The notes beneath the pieces are model-generated. The model searched no databases. It saw only the letters and a list, made by a program, of their open reading frames with translations, and was not told the origin of the DNA. Below are positions 14,827 through 30,787 of a stretch of DNA of 64,000 bases, one piece after another. A program made the translations under genes and the position numbers. The stretch is taken from NCBI RefSeq assembly GCF_009914755.1, contig NC_060932.1, one strand, 5' to 3'. How positions within the stretch are numbered: the first letter of the stretch is position 1; each line of letters begins with the position of its first letter. This DNA comes from the human T2T-CHM13v2.0 reference genome, Homo sapiens.

Positions 14827-15574
14827 GGTCAAATTCGTTTCATTTGCAAAGGCCTTGCTCTTAGTATGAAAAAAACTCAAATCCTTGCTCATAGTAAAGC
14901 CTGTAATTTAGATCTGTGGCCATAAGAAACAAATTTGCCTTCAGTACCATGTCAGGCGTGTGGTATCGTTTGAATGTCTGGAGCCCAACATTCCCATAGT
15001 GACATTTTATGCATCACTGTTCTATAAGTGGTTTGTGCTCTGGAGATTGTTGGTAATGATCTGAAGAGATACAATTGCATTCTGTCTGCTCAGAACCATT
15101 GGCCCATCTGAATCTGATGGATTTTCCTCCTTTTCATCTCTGTGTGCCCAGGGATTACCTATGGGGCTTCCTTAGCTGGGAGCCAGAGCTGGCCATCTTG
15201 AAATGCATGACAGATGAAGAAATATACTAAAGAAAAACAAAAACCAGAAAATCCCAAGACATCTTTTCTTCTCTGAGTAGGATCGGATATAAAATTTCCA
15301 AAGTGAGAACCACAATTTTGCTTAGAAAATGCCTGCTTTCTGCACTATCAGTTCACAACAGACCTGACTGCTTTCCCAACCAGGTTCCTCCTTCAGCTTC
15401 TCTGTGTTGTCTTATCAACTTGCAATAGTCTACCTTTTCCAATTTTTCAGGCTTTTTCTGATCATCTTTTTGTTCTCGCATGAAGACCTCGTCCTTCAGA
15501 AAGGTTTCACTGAAGTTATCATCTCTTTGGCTGTGATGAAAAAGCTCCAAGGCCTATATGTACTTATTTTCTTC

Positions 15575-16029
15575 CAGCTTCCCAGATAGCCCCCAGTGAT
15601 CCTGCCTGCTAATGTGGGCACTGGTATTTATACATGTTCCCTCCCACATTGTTCCAGGGTTGGTCTATATGATCAATGGAATGTGGCAGAAGTGCAGGTG
15701 TGTCACTTCTGTGATGGTAAACAACACTGTGGCTTCCTTCTTGGTTGCTCTCTCTTTCTCTTAGATCACATGCTTCTATGGAGGCTGGCTTCCATGTAGT
15801 GCTAGGGAGAGGCCCATGCAGTGAATAACTGAGTATTAGGGCCAAAAGGCCCAGAAGTGGGACTTTGGAAGTGAATCCTCCAGCCCAGACTTCAGGTGAC
15901 TGCAACCTCATGAGACCCCTTAGACCCAACTAAGTCACTCTAAGATTCCTGACCTTTATAAATTCCTGTTTTTGTTCCAAGCTGCTACATTGTAGGTGAA
16001 CTCATTACACAGCAATGGATAACTAATAT
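15575..16029 (+). mobile_element. MLT1F-like MaLR LTR
   Basis: 'agatagcccccagtgatcctgcct', 'aatggaatgtggcagaagtg...tgtcacttc', ending 'acacagcaatggataactaata'. Confidence 0.7.
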
Positions 16030-16255
16030 GATCTCTTTCTGTCCTTTCCCCAGTCTCCCTTTGTCAATGCTGAATAAGTTGTCTTTGGCCCTCAAAGGTG
16101 GTCCATTGTCTCTCATAGCACATACTTGTTTTTCTTATGGGAATTTTATAGGTCTCTTTTGATTGTCTCAACTTTCTATGGAATTGAAAATTGCCAAAGA
16201 CTATTATTTAAATCTACACTCACATCTATTATTCAAATCTATACTCAATAAGTCA

Positions 16256-16328
16256 GTGGTATACACACATAAATACATTCACACACACATTATATATGTG
16301 TGTGTATCTATATATAGATATAGATACT
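16256..16328. repeat. Imperfect (CA)n/(TA)n/(TG)n simple repeat
   Basis: 'atacacacataaatacattcacacacacattatatatgtgtgtgtatctatatatagatatagata'. Confidence 0.7.
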
Positions 16329-17200
16329 GCCAAATATATTTTATATCAGAAAGGATTCCCTTTCTAAAATAAGTTAGGTGGTTTGTGTTGGCCTGCCATA
16401 TCCACGTGTTATGTAAATGCTCCTAGGACAAGTATGCTATAATCCTATAAAAACTTTAAAAAAATTCTGACAAGTTACAAATAAGACTATTTGCTGTTCA
16501 TAGCATTTATTTATTTTTGCTTATTCTCTTCTCACCTTTTTAAGTCAATTTACTTGATATCTAGGAGTTATAAAAACATTTTAAGATAGCCTAATTTAGT
16601 ACCCAATAGCTGGATTATAGTTTTGAATTCTCCCATAGAGGAAAAATGTTAATGTCTGAAAGTAATGTTTATGCCAGTTGACTCTATTAAATGTATATAT
16701 TTTGGATCTCTACTGCCTAAAATATACCTTCTGCTATTTCTGTTGAGATGTGCTAATACCTCAGTGAAACCTAAGTTACACCAGAAAAAGCAGTTTTCTC
16801 AGGATTTCTTTATAGTCAGCAACAAGAGGTAAAAAGGTGAGTGAAAACATTCTGGGTGATTTTTCTAGATAGTCCTCACCTGCTGTAATTCTTAGCCAGA
16901 ACTACCTTTGTTGAGAAGTCCCTTTTTCCCTAGCTCCATCAGAGCATGCGCCTGGCGCCTTTCATCTCGCCATTCACTCAGCAGAGGTGTGATTTAAGCA
17001 ATCAGTTTGGGTGAAGACCTGAGTATACACGGCTCAGTTGCTTCTTCTTCGCTCAGGAACACCTAATGTCTGGTCTCTCTGCTCTTGGCCATGTGGTAAG
17101 CTTAGAGTGAAGTGCCTGCCTTGTGTGTTTATGTGTGTGTGTGTGTTCACGGGGGCGGGGGCGGGGGGATCCTGAGTTTGGCCAGTTCTGCCTGTGATTT

Positions 17201-17505
17201 TTTTTTTTTTTTTGAGACAGAGTCAGAGTCTCACTCTGACTGTTGTCCAGGCTGGAGTGCAGTGATGTGATCTTGGCTCACTGCAACCTCCGCCTCCTAC
17301 GTTCAAGGGATTCTCATGCCTCAGCCTCCCGAGTAGCTGGGATTACAGGCATGAACCACCACACCTGGCTAACTTTTGTATTTTTAGTAGAGACAGGGTT
17401 TCACCATGTTGCCCAGGCTGGTCTCAAACCCCTGCCCTCAAGTGATCCGCCCGCCTCTGCTTTCCAAATTGCAAGGATTATAGGTGTGAGCCACCATGCC
17501 AGGCC
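17201..17505 (-). mobile_element. AluS/J-like SINE
   Basis: Antisense Alu. TSD ctgcctgtgattt at 17188-17200 and 17508-17520. Confidence 0.93.
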
Positions 17506-17520
17506 CCCTGCCTGTGATTT

Positions 17521-17975
17521 GATGGATACAGCAAATGCTGCCGCATCCCCATCCTTCTCCCAGTGTTCACCTCTACACACAGAAGAGTGTTTATCATAAA
17601 CACCTGCACTTTATGTTGGAATGTTTTTGTTGTTTTTTTTCTGGCCACACGAGTATTCTTGGCCCATGCATAAGACAAGCTGTACTTAAGAGTTCATGTC
17701 CCTAGAAGTAGCCCTCAAACAAGGACGGCCTAGGAGTTAATGAATAAATATGCCAGCTTCCTGGAGTTGTGTTCTGTGCTTTCTCCCAGCCTTACCCAGA
17801 TGGATTGAGCTCAGGCTGCCTGCAACAATAGCTGGCTTTAGAACATTCTCTTTGTTGGCTTTCTTCTCTTCCCTGTCTCACTCCCTCACTCCCCTTCTTG
17901 GATTGATCCCCAAACGAACTACTTCTAGTCCAATCCTTGGCTTGGGTTCTGCTTCAGGTGAATCTGTTTAGAGAC
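17521..17975 (+). mobile_element. LTR16-like ERVL LTR fragment
   Basis: 'agtagccctcaaacaagga...ggagtt...ataaatatgccagcttcc', 'ggattgagctcaggctgcc', 'ccccaaacgaactactt...aatccttggcttgggttctgcttc'. Confidence 0.65.
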
Positions 17976-20929
17976 CATCATTTAGGCAACGCTGCCTCCC
18001 GCCTGCCTATGCTGCCTTCTCCCACAGCTCATAGTGATAAAGCAGATGTTTCCAGTCCCATCTGCCTGACCTCAGGTGGGTAAATGGTTTATATTATTGG
18101 TGTTCCTTCTCAAGTCTTCAGAATTTTTACTTTTCTGCTTCTTTGAGTTTCCTGGTAATAAAATTGAAAAATTTAAAATTTATCCTTTTAAATAAACACT
18201 GAGTTTGTTTCACAACCCACTCTGTTTCTGCCAAAGACATGAAAAAATATGTAGCTGTTTTCTATTTTGTTTATAGTGCTATAGCCTCATGACAGATTTA
18301 GTCTCCTTGCTAAAATTTGACTAATATTGCTTTTGTTCTCAGTATTGAATTTTTTTTTCTGTCAGATAACCAGATTCACATTTGTCTCTTTATTCTACCT
18401 TTGTATAGTGGTTTTCTCTGGAAACAGAAAACATTTTTTATAACGTGGCTCTTTATTTATATTTGCTCTTGGAGCTGAGTCAGAAAAATTTACAGATTGG
18501 AAATTGAGGCTAAGAAGTTAACAGTGTGCAAACTTGGATGAATTATTTAGTTTCAATCTCATTTATAAAACAGGGATGATATTATTTTACCTGCAAAATA
18601 GAATTGCTGCTAATGTCAAATAATATGAGTGAATGTGTTGTCCTATAAGTATAAGGTGAGATAAAAAATGCTGGTTTTTATTTACTCAGGAATGATTTTG
18701 GTTTTGAGGCAAAGACAGGCAGTTAAGTCTTAAGAACAGGGCTAATTTGAAAGCACAGGTGAGGCCACTCAGGGACCTATTGGCTTCTAAAGTAGAAAGA
18801 TAGAAAATTGCTTTCTAGGAAGTTCTAATCTATTCTAAGCATGGTAAGTTTAAGATCCATGGGGGGAAAAAGGAGTTGATTGTTTTCACTAGATTGTTTC
18901 TGGCACAACAATTCATGAAATAATACTTTCTCTAAATAGTCATTAAGAACCTGAAGCAAGGTCATTAGCTTGGGGGAGGGCAGTGTGGTATGGAAAAGCC
19001 AGCTAAAATTCCTTGGAGTTAATCAATAGTCGGGATCCTCAAACAACTGCCTCTTTCACATGATGCTTGCGCTGATCCTGGGTGGGGATGCATCTGACAG
19101 TCGAATTGATTAAAATAATTTTACTATCTCCTGCATCTCTAACCAATTGAAAACTTTGTTTCTTCATCTCAAATGTGGCATTGGTTAACTAAAATAGACA
19201 TTCTCTGATATGTAAAAAATTGGGAGTACCTCATGATGTTTATTAACAAACTTTTTTGACATTTGTGAATTTCTGTATTTGAGATTTCCTATATTTGAGA
19301 TTCATCATTTTTTAAAATCTCAAACATGTCCAGAATGTTATCTCCTCATGTAAATTTAGGCAAGCTATTTTCAAACAAAACAACAAAAACGCCCAAAGTC
19401 TTGTTTTTATTTTCTAGCTTTCACTGACACCTGGTGGTCTCTCATGTTATGTGAGGAAAGAAAGCCATTCTAGGTTGTGTTTTGGGCTGGCCAACAGCTT
19501 GGTGTCTTCTGACTGTGTCATGTATTTGGATCTCAGAGAATCCTTAATTTATCCCTCAAATTGTACAGCTCATCTAGAGCCCTTTGACATGACCACCTAG
19601 CTTGCGCATTGTATTTCTAGTGATAAGTTTCATTTCTTTGCTAAGGGTCCTCAATATTAGAATTTTTGTTTTTGCTAAGATTGAATTTATTTTCTAGTTT
19701 CTATAGCTATGTACCTATTTTTTCCTCTCATATTTCTTATCGTTTTCCCTTTAATAGATTCTCACTCCTGCTATTTGGGAGTAAATTGGAGACACATAGA
19801 TTTGTCTGGTATTCTAGACTCTGATCTGCCTTCTGAACGATAGATTTTGCATATATTTAGGGAGAGGAGGAGTTAGAGCTAAGGGATTCAAGTGTTCACT
19901 CTAATTCTATGTTCTTTTAACCACAAAGTTATAAAAACATGTCCTGAAAAGTACAATTGAGCCAATGTAGAAATGGCCTTCTAAACCTGTTGGCATCCAG
20001 GGGTACCAAGGAATCACCTCTCTTCTGCTGTGGGTGCTAACAAGTACAAAACAGATCCAGATAAATGAAATTTAATTATTAGTTTTATTACCCCAAAGCC
20101 CATGGCTCCCTGATTGGCAATTAATGCAATATTAGAGGCTTCCTACTACCTCCATCCAAATGGCCTTGAACTGGCCCTGGAGAAGGTTGATTCTGCAAAA
20201 CATAGAGTGACCTGATTCTACTAACTACTTGGAGGATCTTGGGCTGCCTTACTGCCAGTAGCAGTGCAGGGAGAAGAGAAATATTCCCATATGAGTTTGC
20301 TCTAGTCTCAAGACTATAGTAGTCTTAGAATAATAATCCTATAACATATGCAGGACAAAATGAAAACTCATTCATGGTGAATATGTATCCCATAGTACTT
20401 TTTGTCTTAATCCAAAGACTGCATATGAAGTTCACAATCGTCCCCTTGTGTGTGATTCCATTCCATTGGTATGGAATATTTGACACATAGGGTGGAAATA
20501 TCAGACAGAAAAAAGCTATCTGCCTTAATGACCTTAGGTGGAAAACGTCAGATTGACTTTAGTTTGCAAAGTGAGAGGGTGAGTGATAAAAATTTATTAA
20601 TGATTATGTAGAATTGCTACATGCAAATAGGATGGACCTAATAGGCACTGAAAAAAGTTCTATATTTAGAAATTTAATTAGAACTGTATAAACTGGGAGA
20701 AAAGTACCTACCAGTTTTCCATGAAAGCCCACATTCAGGACTAAATTTACTGTCGTTCTATAGTAGGATGAAATTAAATTTACTGAGTGCCTACCATATA
20801 TTAGAAATTAGAACTTATATTACTAAGATTTAATGGAGCTCATTATATTCTGGTGGTCACACTAAAAAGGCTGGGCATCTTAGAGGAAAGGCTGAGGATG
20901 GGGTGGGAGATTTGGCTTAAGAATACAAC

Positions 20930-21110
20930 ATTTTTTAGAGTTAGAAAGAAGTTTGGAAATTAAGCTCAGTTTCTAACTTTCAGATGAGGAAACCAAAACC
21001 ACAAAAAGTGATGGGATTTTCTCACAGTCATTTGAGGTCATTAATAGCAAGGGAGGACCAAAACCAGGCCTGACTATTTCCAGACAGTGTGCTTCTCGTG
21101 TTTCCAGATG
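20930..21110 (-). mobile_element. MIR fragment
   Basis: 'tttcagatgaggaaaccaaaacc...ggaccaaaaccaggcc' MIR core. Confidence 0.6.
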
Positions 21111-21320
21111 ACCTTTGTCATTTATTGTTTGCGTCCATGCCCACAATGAACACATATATAAACTATGCACCCAGCACCACGCTTGATGTTTGCTATTCGA
21201 GATCTTCAGTCAAAATCCCTGATACTTGGTGTATAATTGCTATTTTTATCTTTTCATGGGAAACAAATAGGATTAACTGTACCCATTGTTTAGTGTTGTT
21301 AATAAGTCATTGTGAGATAA

Positions 21321-21704
<384 letters not shown>

Positions 21705-23469
21705 AGAGATTGCCTGCTCTTTAATGTTTCTAGAAGATGTTAGAGACTTGCCCCTTCACGACTCAAAAATAAGTAAAAGTTGTGATTAGATAGCACAGTT
21801 TGAGGCTCAGGAGACAATAAAAGAGAATATAGCACTTCCTCAGCTTTTGATGCCATCAACTTGGTCAAGGCCATGAAGTTTGGCTGTGGAATGTGTGCCT
21901 GGCCTAGGGTGGGGATGACACCCTCATGCTCAGAGCAGGGGCAAAGCTAGTATTATCGAAGTACTGCTTGGCGCAGCATTTTGTCAGCCATAAAGAGACA
22001 CTAAAGCCCATTTGTCTAGTCTCTTCTAATTTTCCTACATTTCTATCTCCTTGTGATTAAACAATGCAAAGTAAGGCCCTGCCTAGAATGGAGAGGTGAC
22101 TCTAATTTTGTAAAGCTTCTAAAATGTTTTGCATATAATTTTGGCAGACACTAAAACAGCACTGGGGAGATACATTTGAAAGATACCTTGTTCCTGCGAA
22201 TGCCCAGTGTCTGTTTTTCTGTTGGACTATGATAGTTCCTTGAAAGCAGAAACCATATCTTAATCATCTTTGTATTCTAGCACCCAGCACATCAGTAGGT
22301 ACACAACAAGATAAGTGGGTAAAAGTCGGAGCTCTCTGGGGGAGAAGAGGGAGATGAGTCTAGAAGGATAGAATGCCTCTAAGCAACTCAAGGAGAGTCT
22401 TCAATACACATTGGCTAACGTGGTTGATTTTTAAAGCAAAAGAAGTATTATTTAGTTGGATATTTGAATCTGAAACTATAACATTACTTAAAGTCTACTA
22501 AAGGCCTGCAAATGGGGGACTATGGTAATGAGGCCTCCGTGTGAAATTTATGAACACATCTAACTTAGAGTAGCGCTTAGACTATTGAGAACAGTAGAGA
22601 CTTACCAATGATCTTACCAAAGTCTCTTGGCATCAGGTGCTCATGCGCACTTAGGGCCAGGGTTGGATCACGGAGAATTCCTGCCTGCGTTCTTGGAGTG
22701 CCCAAAGTACCAGCTGCTTGTGGTTTTCATTAAAGATAGATCTATATGCCTTACATGCCAGACTTGCAGATGGCAGAGTTGACTTTCTGCCCTGTAATGT
22801 TAACAGCCCTGGCTTTTGTGCTTACATACAAAGGCTCATCCCACAGCTGGGAGGAGGTTTCAGGGCTGCCTAGGAGCAGAGGAAACATTTTTGCTAATTT
22901 TTTTTTTTCCTTTTAACATGGCCTAGGCCTTTAATCCACTAATTGTTTATGGCGGCATTAGTCTTCATACTTTTTTACAAAATGTTTTCTTTGAGAGGTA
23001 TTAAAACTTTGTCAGAGATGGTCACCAGTCTGGCTACTTCTTTTGGCTTACAGTTGGAAGAAAGATTTAGCAAAAATTATACACGAGGAGAGGACATTTT
23101 AGCCTGGGCTTCCTGAAAAGGGTGGGGGATAATTTAATTATGTTTACTAATGAAACTCTCAGTAAAGGAGTGTTTGATAGCTGCTTAGATGCCCTACCAG
23201 GACTCCATTCAAAAGAGAATTACAGAAACTTTAGAACTGCCAGATCCATTTACCCTGCTGCTTAAAATTCTTTAATGGTTCTTTATAGTCTTTGGGTAAT
23301 ACGCAAACTCGTATGATGTTCAGGCCTCTTCCAATTTGGTCCCAAATTTCCTTTCTAGTGTCTTTATGCAACTCCTCCTCCCATCAGCTTGTTCCCCATC
23401 CCTCCAACACCTGATACAACTTCACACCTCTCTAGGGCCCTCTACTATGTTCCCAGAAGGAACTCCAGA

Positions 23470-24612
23470 TTTAAAAAATTGTGGTAAAACATATTCAACA
23501 TAAAATGTACCATTTGAACCATTTAAAGTGTAAAATTTAGTGCATTAAGTATATTCATAATGTGATACAGCCATCACCACTATCTAGTTCCAGAACTTTT
23601 TCACCACTGCTAATGGAAGCTCATACACAGTAAGTATCCACCCCCTTTTTCTCCTCCACACACCAGCCCTTTCTGTCTCTATAAATTTGACTATTATGGA
23701 TGTTTCATATAAATGGAATAATACAAGATATGGCCTTATGCAGGTGGCTTCTTTTACTTACCATAATGCTTTCAAGATTCGTCCATGTTGTAGCATGTAG
23801 CAGTGCTTCTTTCCTTTTATATCACTGAAGACTCTTCCATTGTATGTATATACCACATTTTGTTTACCCATTTGTTTACCCATTCCATTGTATGTATATA
23901 CCAAATTTTGTTTATCCATTATGAACACTTTGGATATTTCCACCTTTTGACTATTGTGAATAGCTGCTATGAACATCTGTATACAAGTTTCTCAACATCT
24001 GTTTTCAATTCATATATATGTGAATTTAAATATGTATTTAGAATACATATAGAAGTTTCAACAAGAGAACATTCAATTTATATAAACATATCCTATATAT
24101 AATTATATGTATGAATTTATTGAATCCATCGATAATTTATATGTATACTTGTATATAAATCCATGTATATATACACACACACATGCAATTGGGTTTTGTT
24201 TGTATTTTTTGTTGTCAAATTGTAAAAGTTCGTTATGTGTTCTTGATACTAGACCCTCATCTGAAGTATGATTTGCCGATATTTTCTCCCAGTCTGTGGG
24301 TTGACTTTTCACTCTCTTGATAGTGTTCTTTAATAAAAGTTTCAAATTGTGCTGAAGTACAGTTTGTCTTTTGAAGTAGCAGTTAAAGTACAATTTTTCT
24401 TTTGTTGCTTTTTGGTGTCATATTTAAGAAATCATTACTAAATTCTGTGTCAGGAAGATTTTACTCTGTTTACTTCTAATAGTTGTATAGTTTTAGTTCT
24501 TATATTTAGGCCTTTAATTCATTTTCAGTTTATCTTATATACGGCGTAAGGTAAGGGACCAATTTCATTCTTGTGGCTATTCCATTTACTGAGCAGCATT
24601 TGTTGAAGAGAC
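23470..24612 (-). mobile_element. L1MB-type 3' region
   Basis: 'ttgtggtaaaacatattcaacataaaatgtaccattt...catcaccactatctagttccagaac' through ORF2-end-like 'gcagcatttgttgaagagac'. ORFs 23758-24393 are degenerate L1 translations. Confidence 0.85.
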
Positions 24613-24616
24613 AACC

Positions 24617-25841
<1,225 letters not shown>

Positions 25842-26331
25842 CAACCCCATAGTTTCAGTACTTCTCTGGAACACTTTGTTTAAAGAACTTTAGTTCTCCC
25901 CAATAATATATCACTTCCTGGCTGCCCTATTAAATAAAGGATTTATTTATAATTTCTCATGGATCCTGGAAAGATCAAACATGTTAAACTCCCATTTTCT
26001 GCTCCTCCCTCACTGTACTCCAGCTTATTCGAATTTGTTTTAGTGTCTTTCTCTGGATGCCCAGTATTTTCCACTTAGACCATCTTCTCTCCATCCTCAT
26101 TGCTATGATTCACTAATTCCATCTGAAAGATTTCAACAACTTGAGAAGAGTCTTTCTCTACAGCTGAATCACTGTTATCATATTTGCAGAATTCAAACAC
26201 TATGTTGATGACTGGCCTCTCTTCCTTGACTTTCACAATGCCAAGATTTTGGGCTTCCTTTTTTAAAACTATCAGTATATTAGTCAGGGTTCTCCAGAGA
26301 AACAAAACCAGTAGGAAGTAGGATACACATT

Positions 26332-27011
<680 letters not shown>

Positions 27012-27629
27012 TACATAGAAAGAGATTTATTATAAGGAGGTGACTCATCATTATGGAGGCTAAGAAGCCTCATGATCAGCCATCTTGCAGCTACACCCAG
27101 GAAAGCTGATGGTGTAGTTCCAGTTGGAGTCTGAAGGTCTCAAAACCAGAGGAGCCAATGGCATCAGTCCCCGTCTGAGTCTGAAGGCCCAAGAGCCAGG
27201 AGTATGAATGTCTGAGGGTAGGACAAGATGGATATCCCAGCTCAAGCAGAGGGAATAAATTTGTCCCACTTTTTTGTTCCATTCAGGCCCTCAGTGAATT
27301 GGATCATGCCCACTCACGTTGGTGAGAACAATTTTCTTTATTCAGTCTACTGCCCAAATGCTAATCCCTTCCAGAAACACCCTCACAGACACACCCACAA
27401 ATACTGTTTTACCAGCTATCTGGGCATCCTTTAGCCCTGCCAAGTTGATATATAAAATCATTACCGTAAGTAAGGCCATAATTTAGACTGTATCTTCTGA
27501 AATAGCTTCCTTTATGAGGTAAAACTCTGAGGTTTCTTCTTCTCAGCACACACTTGAATTCTCTTATTCTTACTTGATATTAGCTTCTGGCATTATTTAT
27601 GACATCTTTGCTGCTCCCAACTCTTCTAA

Positions 27630-28864
27630 AAACAATTGACTTTTAATACAATTTCAATGTCATAAGAAAGTTGCAAAAATAGTACAAACAACTTTCTTCT
27701 CCATATTCATATTCAGCACTTATTAACACTCTGCCCTCTTTGCTTTCTCATTCTTTTTTTTCTGATTTATTTAAAATTAAGTTGCAAAGTACCCCTTAAC
27801 CCCTTAAACATTTCTGGGTGCAGTTCCTAAGAACAAGGACTTACATAACTACAGTAAAATGATCTAAATCAGGATCCTAAATATTAAATATCTCTTATCT
27901 AACTCATATATTCAAATTTCTAGTTGTCCCAATAATGTCTTTTTCTTCCTAGCCTAGTATTCCACTATCATGATTTGTTTTTAGTTTCCCCATATCTTTA
28001 GTCTCCCTTAGCCTAGGACATTTCCTCAGTCTTTTTTGTCTTTCTTGAGCTTTAAATATTTTAAGAGGACAGGCAATTAATTTCTAGAATGTCCTTCAAT
28101 TTGGGTTTATCTACAGCTTTCTCATGCTTAGATTCATTTATGTATTTTCAGCAGGGAAACTAGAATAATAATATGTTTTTCTCAGTATATCATATCAGAA
28201 GGCATGTGATAAAGTGTTGCCTACTATTGGTGATATTAACTTTGATTTCTATATTAAGGTGTCCACCAGCTTGGTCCACTGTAAAGTTACTATATTTCCC
28301 TTTGTCAGATACTCAGAGGTTATGTAAATACCCTGTTCCTCATCAAACACTCCACTGGTGATTTTGACCTAAATCAGTTCTTACAGGGTGGTTGCAAAGT
28401 GATAATTTTCCCTTAACTCTGTCATTGCTTTTACATTTATTAGTTGTCATTCAACTCTAAGATAAAGCTATTCTTTCTCCTGCATATACTACTTATTCAT
28501 TTATGTATTTATATAAGTGTTGGTTTACGGATTTTTGCTTTATTCAATGGATTATTATCTATTCTCATTAATTATTTTGCTGCTCCAATTTCCCAAGAAA
28601 TATAGCCATTGAGAGCATCTTTATGCTAATTCTTGCAGCCTTTTTGTATGCTCCCATTATTCTTTGAGCAATTCGTTACTTTCTGGAAAAAGATATTCCA
28701 GGTTTATGACATACTTTTGGTGCTCCATGATTTCCAAGATTCCCTGGTTCCTTATTGTGAGGAATGCTATTTTGAAATCGAAATGTATATGCGAGGTGAG
28801 CTCATTTCTCCTGGGGTGTCAATGCTACTGTCTTTTCAGCAGAAAGAGCTGTGTGTGTCTGTGT

Positions 28865-28896
<32 letters not shown>

Positions 28897-29169
28897 TGTG
28901 TGTAACTATTTACATTCCATCTATTATCTATGTCAAACACCATAGTTCATACTAATGTTTTCCATTCCAGTCTATACTTTTTCATTCCCATATTTGTAGC
29001 TTTTTCTCTAACAGAGATGTCTGGTTCCCATGATTATCAATATATTAACCATTTGTTCAATCCTGAAATATATATAAAATAGTTTCAGAATTGCTAATTC
29101 ATATCACCATGAAAAACAATCTATTAAATAGAGTTCAGTATTTGTTTGCATTTGTTTTCATCTTTAGAC

Positions 29170-29170
<1 letters not shown>
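27630..29170 (-). mobile_element. Old L1 (L1MC/L1ME-like) 3' region
   Basis: 'aagaaagttgcaaaaatagtaca', 'ttcctaagaacaaggac', 'ttctagaatgtccttcaatttgggtttatct', 'aaatagtttcagaattgctaa'. Confidence 0.7.
28850..28902. repeat. (TG)n microsatellite
   Basis: Interrupted TG run including about 13 pure units. Confidence 0.9.
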
Positions 29171-30065
<895 letters not shown>

Positions 30066-30075
30066 GGTTGGTAGA

Positions 30076-30432
30076 TGATATGGTTTGGCTGTGTCCCCAC
30101 CCAAATCTCACCTTGAATTGTAATAATCCCCACGTGTAAAGGATGGGGCCAGGTGGAGATAATTCAATCATGGGGGTGGGTTCCTTCATACTGTTCTCAC
30201 AGTAGTGAATAAGTCTCACGAGATCTGATGGTTTTATAAATGACAGTTCCCCCGCACAAGCTCTCTTGCCAGCTGCCATGTAAGAGAGTGCCTTTGCTTC
30301 TCCTTTACCTTCTGCCATGATTGTGAGGCCTCCCCAGCCACGTGGAACTGTGAGTCCATTAAACCTCTTTCCTTTATAAATTACCCAGTCTTGGGTATAT
30401 CTTTATTAGCAGCATTAGAGCAGATTAATTTA
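30076..30432 (+). mobile_element. THE1 (C/D-like) solo LTR
   Basis: 'tgatatggtttggctgtgtccccacccaaatctcaccttgaattgta...ccattaaacctctttcctttataaattacccagtc'. 5-bp TSD gtaga at 30071-30075 and 30433-30437. Confidence 0.93.
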
Positions 30433-30469
30433 GTAGATGTGGGGTCTTCTGAAAGATGGCAGATATTGG

Positions 30470-30787
<318 letters not shown>

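Noticed and set aside
15353-15550. Charged, protein-looking 65-aa ORF
   Set aside because: It has a TTG start, no convincing splice sites and no family I recognise. A tblastn or PhyloCSF check would settle it.
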